A stretch of DNA of 64,000 nucleotides. It comes from Octopus sinensis. Its lineage: Eukaryota. Every line of letters starts with the position of its first letter. Position 1 is the stretch's first letter. The notes beneath the pieces are model-generated. The model did no database searches, was not told where the DNA came from, and worked only from the letters and a program-made list of their open reading frames with translations. A program made the translations under genes and the position numbers. Location of the stretch: assembly GCF_006345805.1 (NCBI RefSeq), contig NC_043003.1, forward strand, positions 101,432,001 to 101,496,000, given 5' to 3'. Below, in pieces: positions 1-11,539 of this stretch.

Positions 1-415
1 TGTGTCCTTTAATGTCCAATATGCGACAATTAGGCACGCGTTTGTTTGAGGTGTTGATTTTGTAGTATCGTGGTTCTCATAGTGCCATCCCATTCTAATC
101 TATACATATATTAGTTAGTGCTGCAATGAGCGCTGCAGAAAGGAGCAGGATGTGCTAAAACAGAACCTGATGCTAGTTCCATTTTAACTAACAAAGTCAG
201 AAAGTGCTGCAGCTTAAATAGTGAGACGGGAATCCACTTGACAATTTTCCTTTAGTATCTGCATTAAAGGAAACTTGTCCGCACACCTGTTTACGAAGCT
301 TCGATGGTCATACAAACATTGATTATGATACATATATTTTCATACATACAAACATAAATTTCGGTACGTATATAGATTGGAGTTTCTTACATACATTCAT
401 AGATTTTCATACATG

Positions 416-625
416 TTTCCTTTAATGCAGTTTCTAAAGGAAAATTCTAAAATGGATTCATGTCTCACTATTTAAGCTGCAGCACTTTCTGCCTTTGAGT
501 TAGTTAAAAAAGAACTAGCAACTGCATCTGTTTTAGCACATCCGGCTCCTGATGCTACCCTTAATTTATATGCATCAGATTATGTAGTTAGCGCTGTCTT
601 GCAGAACAACGTAGATGGTGAAACT
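416..625 (+). mobile_element. Ty3/Gypsy pol remnant (RT to RNase H connection)
   Basis: Manual translation from 491 gives AFELVKKELATASVLAHPAPDATLNLYASDYVVSAVLQ. This resembles the Gypsy motif AFxxLKxxLxxAPVLAHP...DASDYAVGAVLQ. There is an upstream in-frame stop. Confidence 0.7.
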
Positions 626-1220
626 AATTTTAAGGCCGCGTTTTGCTCGAACTCAGATATTTTTTTGCCATCGAAACCAAAATCCTTCTAATGCTCTATC
701 AGTTCTTGTTTCTTGGCCGCATGTTTTTGATCGTGAATATTCTGTCATCGCACTCCGAAGTTATTCAAACTTGATGTTAACAATTATTCCGAGATCTTTT
801 TATGACTGCACTGCCACAACCATCCTTGAACCATCACATGCACCTCCCTCGACTAAATACAAAGATTACCATAGTTACATAGAGTTATGTATATAAGGAA
901 ATCTATGTTTATACGAAAATCTACGTATATAAGAAAATTTTGGTACAAAAATCTATGCATGTATGGAAATCTACTTATGAAAATCTATGTATGTATGAAT
1001 ATCTGTGTATGAAAATCTATGTATGAAAATCTATGATTCTTCGAAAATCCATGCATGTGTAAAAATGTGTGTGTATGAAAATCTTTATATGAAAATGTAT
1101 GTTCGAAAATCTACGTCTGGGACAGGAGAATAAGCTGATCACACGTCCTTTCTCCTATCGCCGTGTCTCAACGCTATTGAGGAATGCTATAGAAGTTCTT
1201 CTTCATGTGCTTGAGGGAAC

Positions 1221-1765
1221 TTGCTCGGGTTTGTAAGGGAAATAACTATATAAGCATTTTTAGAGAGTTATAGCCAAAAATTAGCAAAAAATGCATTAAA
1301 AATGGAAAAAATATGATGGTAAATTATTTTTTAAATCGTTGACTCATTGTAGACATTTCTTAGAGAGTTACTTATCTTATATAATAGCGAAAAAATGCAT
1401 TAAAATGGAAAAAAACGATGGTAAATTCTTTTTAAATCGTAGATTTATGTAAACGTTTTCTTAAACGTTTATGTAAACGTTTTCAAGCCATGAAGTTGCA
1501 GTTCTAAAAAAACGCTGGTCTCCTTGACAACGCATTACGACGTTGATTTCCTTCCCCACAGGTGCAGGTGTGAGCGTTGACGCCAACTCCGCCGCCATCG
1601 ACACACGAAAAATTATGCGTAGACGCGCGCTAATAGACGCGCTAATATGAATCACGACTATAAGCTACCCGAATTTGGTTAAACTGCACCGCAAAATGTG
1701 GGAGTAGTTGGAATCTAAATCGAAGGGGACAGACACTCACACAACTACAGTTTTATATATATAGA
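1221..1765 (-). mobile_element. Non-autonomous Helitron (3' end clipped)
   Basis: Minus strand begins TCTATATATATAAAACTGTAGTTGTGTG, a Helitron-type TC start. The other end (1221-1400) matches 11355-11515, which carries an intact hairpin and CTAG. Confidence 0.65.
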
Positions 1766-1789
1766 TATACATAGCGCAGTAGTGGTGAG

Positions 1790-2050
1790 ATGTGACAGCA
1801 AAGAAAAGCCTACATTCACTCTCTGCATGCAATTAGACTCGGAAAGTTCGTGAGGAACCCATTGACCCAATTTGCTGACTTTTCCGATAGCACACAGGTC
1901 TCAATGAATGCTAGTTCCTCAACAGTTACGATGAGATTTTGTTCCACCAGGGATTTCAGGCTGTCCTTGTCGAGTTCTACAGATCTTTTAGGATGAGGCT
2001 CGTCTTGTAGGCTGTTCCAATATAGCTTTGAAAAAAATAGTTGTTAAAAT
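1790..2050 (-). mobile_element. mariner transposase fragment
   Basis: Minus-strand translation contains GKVSKLGQWVPHELSESNCMQRVNV, with the mariner WVPHEL motif at ~1845-1862. Frameshifted. Confidence 0.75.
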
Positions 2051-3158
2051 CGAAATGCCCTCTTGAAAACTTGCACTCTGAATAAGTAAAAGATAAAATT
2101 ACTACCTGCTTTTATAGCAAGTTAATATAAGTAGTTTATCCCATTCCCCTCTGATATTTAGTTCAAGCTGTACTCTTAAAAATGTTAGGTAAATTGTAAT
2201 TGAAGAAATTCTATATTGTAGATTTGTATAACTCCCAATGGGAGGCAGATAAAATCTGCCTTTTATAATGAGAGATATAAAATCGAAAAATGAAAATCTA
2301 TATATGTACGAAAATCTATGTTTGTATAAAAATCTTTGTATGCAAATCCATGTAAATATAAAATTCCTCTTTAGAAAATCTGTTTTGAATATTTATGCAT
2401 GAAAATATATGAATGAAAATCCATATATGAAAATCTATGAATATATAAAAATCTATATAGAAAAATTTATGTACGCAGATAAATATATATAAATCTGTCT
2501 GAAAATCAATATATTTATGGAGACCTTTGTTTGAAAATACGTATGAAAATGTATAAATGAAAATCTATGTACAAAAAATCTTTATATAAAAATCTTTATA
2601 GGAAAATCTATGTATTAAAATCTATGGATGAAAATCTGTGTATCAAATATATGTATAATATATGTTTCTGTGTAAAATCTATGCATTAAAATCTATGAAT
2701 GTATGAAAATCCATGTACGATAAGTTGCTTATGAATATCTATATACTTATGAAAAATTTATGTAGTAAAATATGTATGAAAATCTGTTTCAAATTCTGGA
2801 AAGGCGTAAGGAAGTTCCCTGAAGCACATGAAGAAGAAATTCTATAGCGTTCCTCAATAGCGTTGAGACGGCGAGAGAAGAAAGGACGTGGGATCAGCTC
2901 ATTCCCCTGTCCCAAACGTAGATTTCGAACATACATTTTCATATAAAGATTTTCATACACACATATTTTTACACATGAATGGATTTTCGAACAATCATAG
3001 ATTTTCATACATAGATTTTCATACACAAATTTTATACATACATAGATTTTCAAATATACACTGAGTTTTGTACGAAAATGGATTTTTTTTATATGTAGAT
3101 TTTCATACAAAGCTTTTCATATAAACATGGATTTCCTTATATACATAACTCTACGTAA

Positions 3159-4330
3159 CTATGGTAATCTTTGTAGTGACTTCTTCTTGGGTGAGTTGTA
3201 TCCAATGATGGGTGGCTTCTTCGAAGGAATCTATCCAGACTGTTTAAAGTTGATGGGATCCTTTTCTTCTTTGACATTTCTCAGGACAAGTGTAAATATA
3301 TGTTGTGATCTTCAATGTGGCAGGGGACAAGTCCGTGGTCCAAGTCTCGGATGGACCTTGAAGCTAAATCGTTTGGGTAAAGTAGGATGTATATTTTCCA
3401 CATCGTACAAATGATGTACCGCTCACGGCGATGCTGGAGGCGTTCGTGACTTTTGCTGCGTTTGAGTGGACTGGATTAAGTATTAAATACTTAATCCACT
3501 GTAAAACTTTTCCACGGATTCCAACATTTGCTAATTTCGAGAGTAGGTCTACACTGTCGAACGCTTTACTGACGTCAGAGTTCGATCCTGTTCCCAAGGC
3601 TTTGAGTACATCTTTAATGTGGTGTAAGAACTGTGTTAGATAGTCCCTGCGACAGCGAAAGCCATGCTGATTTCAATTTAGGAGTTTGTGGGTCTCGAGG
3701 ATGTGAGCTATCCTTGATCTTAACAATCTTTCAAACACTTTAATGATGTGGGAGGTGAGTGAGATTGGGTGATAGTTGACTGCGAGGGATCTGTTTCCCT
3801 TTTTGAAAACCGGGATGACCGACTGGGATAGAAACTGTTTCGGTATATAACCTGCGTCTAACGAGGTTGGTCAGAGGGACTGCAAATTGATAGCTACATT
3901 CCTTCAGGAGTCTAGCGGGAAATCTAGCAGAGTAATGTTTGATCTCATTTATTGCTGCTACGATGTCGGTGGCAGTGAAGGTTATGTCTGCGATTTTGTG
4001 TTAGGAGTCAACTTCTTTCGTTTCCTTCACGTCAATATTAGTGGAACACTGAAGACAGAGCAGTATTGTTTCTGCAGTATTTCTGCCATTTCTTTAGCAT
4101 CGTATTGGGGAAAGCCGTTATCATCAATCAAAGGCCCAATGAATTAGACAGTGGTTCTATGCTTATTTGCACAAGTATAGAACATTTTTGGGTTCTGTTT
4201 GATGTTTTTGATTACCCCAGCACTTTGATTTTCAATGTAGGTTTTCCGAGGTTTTCAGCTCTAGTGTTTTCATTGTTGTTCAATGTGCATGTTGTGTGTG
4301 TGAATATTTTAATTGGTTGGCGCCTGATGA
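3159..4330 (-). mobile_element. CR1/L2-group LINE ORF2 (RT and C-terminus) remnant, copy 1
   Basis: Minus-strand pieces DVSKAFDSVD..LLSKLANVGIRGKVLQWIK, HGFRCRRDYLTQ and C-terminal PIIGYNSPKKKSL. Disrupted. Confidence 0.8.
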
Positions 4331-5114
4331 GTGTTTTTTTTCTTTTTAGGGAGCCGGTTTCTGTTTGTGTTAGTAGATTTGTTGGGAGCAAACATATTTG
4401 TATACAGCAAATGTTGGAATCCAATACTATATTTGTATGGCTGTGTGGTAAGTAGCTTGCTCACCAACCACATAGATTTTAAAACATAACAGAGATTCCT
4501 CTACATATATTTTCATACATACATATATTTTCATACGTTCACTTTCATACATAAATTTTCGTACATACATCAATTTTCATACATAACAAAATTTTCAAAC
4601 ATAGAATTTCATGCATACATGGATTTTTATACATACATACTTTGATACATAATTAGATTTTCAAACATAGAATTTCATACATACATAGATTTATTACATA
4701 TATAGATTTTCATACATACCAAGATTTTTATACATATTTAGATTTTCATAAATACATAGATTTTTAACATACATCGATTTTCATACGTAGATTTTGATAC
4801 ACACATAGATTGTCATATATATTTTCATACATACATTGATTTTCATATATACATAGATTTTCATACAAAGATTTTCATACATCGATATTCATACATACAT
4901 AGATTTTCATACTTAGATTTCCGTACATACCTATACATAGATTTTTATTCATTCATAGATTTCCATACAAACATGATCTTTGATACATAAATTTTCGTAC
5001 TTTTTCATGCATAGATTTCATGCATAGATTTTTATATATCAATTTTTATACATATGTTGATTTTCACACAGATTTTCACGCATTTAGATACATGGATTTT
5101 CACACATAAGGTAT

Positions 5115-5350
5115 CTAACCCTCACCCTAAACCTAGCGCTAACCCTAAACCTAAAGCGAAGCCTGAGCCTGATACTAACCCCTACCGAAACCCTAACCCT
5201 AAACACTAAACAATGACCCTGACCCTGACCTTAACCCTAACACTAACAGTAAAATAAGGTATTTTACCCTAACCCTAACCCTAACCCTAACTATAGCCAT
5301 AGCACTAGCCCTAACACTAACCCTAGCCATAGCCCTAACTCGAACCCTTA
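5115..5350 (-). repeat. Degenerate interstitial telomere-like (TTAGGG)n tract
   Basis: (CCCTAA)x4 perfect at 5267-5290, flanked by ~200 bp of variant hexamers (CCCTGA, CACTAA, CCCTAG, CCATAG). Confidence 0.8.
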
Positions 5351-6157
5351 CATTTTTATACAAACATACATTTTCATACTTAAATAGATTTTCATACATA
5401 AGTTTCCATATTTAAATACAAACATAGATTTTCATACTTACATACATTTCCATACATAGGTTATCATACGTAGGTTTTCATACATAAATTTTCGTACATA
5501 AACTCTTAAACATCCAAACATTTTCATACGTAGATTTTCATATATCAATTTTTATACATAGATCTTTATGCATTTATACATTTACATACATATATTTTCA
5601 TACATGCATCGATTTTCATACATACATTGTTATCATAAGTAAATTTTCAAAGAGATTTTTATGCAGATACTAAAGGAAAATTCTCAAGTGGATTCCCGTC
5701 TCACTATTTGAGCTGCATCACTTTTAAGTTAGTTAAAATGGAACTAGCATCAGTTTCTGTTTTAGCACATCCTGCTCCTTTCTGCAGCGCTAATTGCAGC
5801 ACTAATATTAGAATGGGATGGCACTATGAGAACCTTTGACCACGGTACTACAAAATCAACACCTCAAACAAACGCGTGCCTAATTGTCGCATATTGGACA
5901 TTAAAGGACACAACTTGAACAAAGCTTCATAAACCGGTGTGTCAGAAAGTGATGCAGCTTAAATAGTGAGACGGGAATCCACTTGAGAATTTTCCTTTAG
6001 TATCTGCATTAAAGGAAACTTGTCCGCAAACATTGATTATGATACATATATTTTTATACATATAACTTTCATACATACAAACATAAATTTCCGTACGTAT
6101 ATAGATTTTAATACATACATAGAGTTTCTTACATACATTTATAGATTTTCATACATG

Positions 6158-6359
6158 TTTCCTTTAATGCAGATGCTAAAGAAAATTCTAAAATGGATTC
6201 TTGTCTCACTATTTAAGCTGCAGCACTTTCTGAGTTAGTTAAAAAGAACTAGCAACTGCATCTGTTTTAGCACATCCGGCTCCTGATGCTACACTTAATT
6301 TATATGCATCAGATTATGTAGTTAGCGCTGTCTTGCAGAAGAAAGTAGATGGTGAAACT
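6158..6359 (+). mobile_element. Ty3/Gypsy pol remnant, second copy
   Basis: Near-identical to 416-625; lies in the duplicated block 5941-6690. Confidence 0.7.
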
Positions 6360-6761
6360 AATTTAAGGCCGCGTTTTGTGCCGCACCGAATTGACAGTCA
6401 TGGACTAAATTTCTTGTTATCATCCTCCGATTAAAGCAAACCTTTAGGTAGCACACTGGCATTAATTTAAAGTTTTATGTTGCTCGAACTCAGATATTTT
6501 TTTGCCATCGAAACCAAAATCCTTCTAATGCTCCATCAGGTCTTATTTCTTAGCCGCATGTTTTTGTTCGTGAATATTCTGTCCCTGCACTCCGAAGTTA
6601 TTCAAACTTGATGTTAACAATTATTCCGAGATCTTTTTTTGACTGCACTGCCACAACCGTCCTTGAACCATCACATGCACCTCCGTCGACTAAATCTTGT
6701 TACGAGATCATTTTGGTTATTTGGTATATAACTTGTAATCTAAAGCCACAAGGAAGAGCAT

Positions 6762-6906
6762 TTGTAGTCACGTGTTTTGTTGTGCGTAGAAGCATCGTCA
6801 TTCTTCAGTGTGCGTGTGCGAGGTTTGAATCTTGTGGAAAGGCATAAGGAAGTTCCCTCATGCACATGAAGAAGGGAGGCACATAAAATCTGCCTTTTAT
6901 AATGAG

Positions 6907-6937
<31 letters not shown>

Positions 6938-7011
6938 CATATATTATAGACATATATATATATATATACATGTATATATATACATATATTATAGACATAT
7001 ATATATATCCA

Positions 7012-7045
<34 letters not shown>

Positions 7046-7448
7046 CATACATATATATATATATATATACACTACATATATATATATATATATTATATAT
7101 ATATACATATTTGTAGTCACGTGTTTTGTTGTGCGTACAAGCATCGTCATTCTTCAGTGTGCGTGTGCGAGGTTTGAATCTGTGGAAAGGTATAAGGAAT
7201 TCCCTCATGCACATGAAGAAGGGAGGCGGATAAAATCTGCCTTTTATAATGAGATATATATAATATATATATATATATATACATATATTATAGACATATA
7301 TATATATTACATGTATATATATACATATATTATAGACATATATATATATCCATATATATATATATATATAACATATATATATATATATACCATACATATA
7401 TATATATATATAATACACATACATATATATATATATATATACACATAC

Positions 7449-7492
<44 letters not shown>

Positions 7493-7495
7493 TAC
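6762..7495. repeat. Two ~350-bp tandem units, each ending in a (TA)-rich compound microsatellite
   Basis: GTAGTCACGTGTTTTGTTGTGCG...CTGCCTTTTATAATGAGATATA occurs at ~6763 and ~7113, each followed by a similar TA/CA tract. Confidence 0.8.
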
Positions 7496-8332
7496 ATAAA
7501 ATCGAATAATAAAAATCTATATATGTACGAAAATCTTTGTATGCAAAGCCATGTAAATATAAAATTCATCTTTAGAAAATCGGTTTTGAATATTTATGCA
7601 TGAAAAAATATGCATGAAAATCCCTATATGAAAATCTATGAATATATAAAAATCTACATACAAAAATTTACGTACGCAGATAGAAAATCAATACATTTAT
7701 GGAAACCTCTGTTTGAAAAGACGTATGAAAATGTATAAATGAAAATCTATGTACAAAAAAAATATTTATATCAAAATCTTTATAAGGAAATCTATGTATT
7801 AAAATCTATGGATGAAAAATCTATGTATAAAATATATGTATAATATATGTTTCTGTATAAAATCTATGAATGTATGAAAATCCGTGTACGATAATTTGCG
7901 TAAGAATATCTATATACATATGAAAAATTTATTTAGTAAAATATGTATGAAAATCTGTTTCAAAATCTGGAAAGGCGTAAGGAAGTTCTCTCAAGCACAT
8001 GAAGAAATTCTACAGCGTTCCTCAATCGCGTTGAGACACGGCGAGAGAAGAAAGGACGTGTGATCAGCTTATTCCCCTGTCCCAAACGTAGATTTTCGAA
8101 CATACATTTTCATATAAAGATTTTCATACACACACATTTTTACACATGCAGGGATTTTCGAACAATCATTGATTTTCATACATAGATTTTCATACACAAC
8201 TTTTCATACATACATAGATTTTCAACTATACATAGAGTTTTGTACGAAAATGGATTTTTTTTATATATGTAGATTTTCATACAAAGATTTTCATATAAAC
8301 ATGGATTTCCTTATATACATAACTCTACGTAA

Positions 8333-9560
8333 CTATGGTAATCTTTGTAGTGACTTCTTCTTGGGTGAGTTGTATCCAATGATGGGTAGCTTGTCTGGTA
8401 TTCTTTGAAGGAATCTATCCAGACTGTTTAAAGTTGATGGGATCCTTTTCTTCTTTGACATTTCTCGGGACAAGTGTAAATTTGGCAGAAGACAAGTCCG
8501 TGGTCCAAGTCTTGGATGGACCTTGAAGCTAATATTTAAATCCTTTGGGTAAAGTAGGCAGTATATTTTCCACATCGTAAAAATGATGTACCGCTCACGG
8601 CGACGCTCGAGGTGCTCGTGACTTTTGCTGGGTTTGAGTGGACTCCATCAACTACATGTTCTACACTGGATTTAATACTTAATCCAGTGTAGAACATGTA
8701 GTTGATGGAGTCCACTGAAACCCAGCAAATACTTAATCGAGTGTAGAACTTTTCCACGGATTACAACATTTGCTAATTTCGAGAGTAGGATGTCATGGGT
8801 CTACCCTGTCGAACGCTTTACTGACGTGAGAGTTCGATTTGTTCCCAAGGCTTTGAGTACATCTTTAATGTAGTGTAAGAACTGTGTTAGATAGTCCCTG
8901 TGACAGCGAAAGCCTTGCTGATTTGAATTTAGGAGTTTGTGGGTCTCGAGGATGTGAGCTATCCTTGATCTTAACACTCTTTCAAACACTCTAATGATGT
9001 GTGAGGTGAGTGAGATTGGGCGATAGTTGACTGCGAGGGATCTGTTTCCCTGTTTGAAAACCGGGATGACCGACTGGTATAGAAATTGTTTCGGAATATA
9101 ACCTGCGTCTAACGAGGTTGGTCAGAGGGACTGCAAATTGATATCTACATACCTTCAGGAGACTAGCGGGAAATCTAGCAGAGTAATGTTTGATCTCATT
9201 TATAGCTGCTACGATGTCGGTGGCAGTGAAGGTTATGTCTGCGATTTTGTGTTAGGAGTCAACTTTTTTCGTTTCCTTCACGTCAATATCAGTGAAACAC
9301 TAAAGACAGAGCAGTATTGTTTCTGCAGTATTTCTGCCATTTCTTTAGCATCGTGTTGGGGAAAGCCGTTATCATCAATCAATGGCCCAATGAATGAGAC
9401 AGTGGTTCTATGCTTATTTGCACAAGTATAGAACATTTTTGGGTTCTGTTTGATGTTTTTGATTACCACAGCTCTTTGATTTTCAATGGAGGTTTTCATC
9501 GAGGTTTTCAGCTCTAGTCTTTTCATTGTTGTTCAATGTGGAATATTTTAATTGGTTGGC
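8333..9560 (-). mobile_element. CR1/L2-group LINE remnant, copy 2
   Basis: Duplicate of 3159-4330. ORF pieces FERVLRSRIAHILETHKLLNSNQQGFRCHRDYLTQFLH and LDRFLQRIPDKLPIIGY. Confidence 0.8.
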
Positions 9561-9874
9561 GCCTGATGAGTGTTTTTTTTTTCTTTTAGGGAGCCGTTTT
9601 CTGTTGTGTTAGTAATTTGTTGGAGCAAACATATTTGTATACAGCAAATGTTGGAATCCTATACTATATTTGTATGGCTGTGTGGTAAGTAGCTTGCGCT
9701 ACAACCACATAGATTTTCATACATAACTTAGATTCCTCTACATATATTTTCATATATACATATATTTTCATACGTTGACTTTCATACATAAATTTCCGTA
9801 CATACATCAATTTTCATACATAATTACATTTTCAAACAGAATTTCATGCATACATGGATTTTTATACATACATA

Positions 9875-10260
9875 ATTTATTGCTGCTACGATGTCGGTGG
9901 CAGTGAAGGTTATGTCTGCGATTTTGTGTTGGGAGTCAACTTCGTTCGTTTCCTTCGCGTATTGACGTGAAGGAAACGAACGAAGTGGGAACACTGAAGA
10001 CAGAGCAGTATTGTTTCTGCAGTATTTCTGCCATTTCTTTAGCATCGTGTTGGGGAAGGCCGTTATCATTAATCAATGGCCCAATGGGTGAGACAGTGGT
10101 TCTATGCTTATTTGCACAAGTATAGAACACTTTTGGGTTCTGTTTGATGTTTTTGATTACCCATTGTTCCTCCACAGCTCTTTGATTTTCAATGGAGGTT
10201 TTCATGGAGGTTTTCAGCTCTAGTCTTTTCATTGTTGTTCAATGTGAATATTTTAATTGG
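9875..10260 (-). mobile_element. CR1/L2-group LINE remnant, partial copy 3
   Basis: ORF 9936-10232 (KNIKQNPKVFYTCANKHR...AKEMAEILQKQYCSVF) repeats 9278-9526 and ~3950-4300. Confidence 0.75.
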
Positions 10261-10364
10261 TTGGCGCCTGATGAGTGTTTTTTTCTTTTTAGGGAGCCGG
10301 TTTCTGTTTGTGTTAGTAGATTTCTTGGGAGCGTGTTTATAGCAAACATATTTATATAAGTATA

Positions 10365-10770
10365 GGAGTGGGTGTGTGGTAAGTAGCTTGCTAACCAACC
10401 ACATGGTTCCGGGTTCAGTCCCACTGCATGGCATCTTGGGCAAGTGTCTTCTGCTATAGCCCCGGGCTGACCAATGCCTTGTGAGTGGATTTGGTAGACG
10501 GAAACTGAAAGAAGCCTGTCGTATATATGTATATATATATATATATGTATGTGTGTGTTTGTGTGTCTGTGTTTGTCCCCCTAGCATTGCTTGACAACCG
10601 ATGCTGGTGTGTTTACATCCCCGTCACTTAGCGGTTCGGCAAAAGAGACCGATAGAATAAGTCCTGGGCTTACAAAGAATAAGTCCCGGGGTCGATTTGC
10701 TGGATTAAAAGGTGGTGCTCCAGCATGGCCGCAGTCAAATGACTGAAACAAGTAATAGAGTAAGAGAGTA
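10365..10770 (+). mobile_element. tRNA-related SINE with internal TA/TG microsatellite
   Basis: Head GTGTGGTAAGTAGCTTGC..GGTTCAGTCCC (A/B-box-like), body TTGGGCAAGTGTCTT, tail CCAGCATGGCCGCAGTCAAATGACTGAAACAAGTAA. Other copies of the family occur in the window. Confidence 0.8.
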
Positions 10771-10782
10771 TATATATATATA

Positions 10783-11273
10783 TACGTACGTACGGAAATC
10801 TATGAAGGAAAGGAAGATAACTAAAAAAATTACTTTAGAGTTACTTCCCTTGAATTAGAAACTAAAATGCAAGGGAAATAACTCTAGAAGTGATTTTTTA
10901 GTTCCTTTTCATACATAGATTTTCATCCAGACTTTCATACAAACAGATTTTAATACATACATAGATTTTCATAAATACAAAATCTTTGTATGAAAATTTG
11001 TGTGAAAATCTATGTATGAAAATCTATGTATTTATGAAAATCTATCTATGTATTAAAATCTATGTATGGAAATCTATGTATGTATTAAAATCTGTTTGTA
11101 TGAAAGTCTGTGGATGAAAAGCTATGTAAGTATAAAAATCTACGTATGAAAAGGAGATAACTAAAAAAATCACTTCTAGAGTTATTTCCCTTGCATTTTA
11201 GTTTTTAACATTCAACTCTAAAGTAATTTTTTTAGTTATCTTCCTTTCCTACATAGATTACCGTACGTACGTA
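10783..11273. mobile_element. ~490-bp fold-back (palindromic) non-autonomous element
   Basis: Left arm TACGTACGTACGGAAATCTATGAAGGAAAGGAAGATAACTAAAAAAATTACTTTAGAGTT mirrors right arm AACTCTAAAGTAATTTTTTTAGTTATCTTCCTTTCCTACATAGATTACCGTACGTACGTA. The interior is also inverted about ~10978. Confidence 0.75.
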
Positions 11274-11335
11274 TGTATATACTTATATAAATATGTTTAA
11301 ATATTTATATATATATAAATATATATATAAATATA

Positions 11336-11515
11336 CTAGCAGTATCGCCCGGCGTTGCTCGGGTTTGTAAGGGAAATAACTATATAAGCATTTTTAGAGA
11401 GTTATAGCCAAAAAATAGCAAAAAAATGCATTAAAAATTGAAAAAATTAAGGTAAATTTTTTTTTTAAATCGTTGACACATCGTAGATATTTTTAGAGAG
11501 TTACTTCCCTTATAT
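11336..11515 (-). mobile_element. Helitron 3' terminal fragment
   Basis: CTAG at 11336-11339 with subterminal hairpin CCCGGCGTTGCTCGGG (11348-11363). Same family as 1221-1765. Confidence 0.75.
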
Positions 11516-11539
11516 AGTCATATAGATATATATATATAA

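Larger units (their letters stand above)
280..11150. repeat. Dispersed blocks of a degenerate ~14-bp short repeat (AAAATCTATGTATG / CATACATAGATTTT) in alternating orientation
   Basis: Motif recurs many times. + blocks at ~880-1110, 2280-2790, 7500-7960, 10980-11150; - blocks at ~305-415, 2930-3125, 4490-5100, 5380-5660, 8095-8300, 9710-9870, 10905-10980. Confidence 0.85.
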
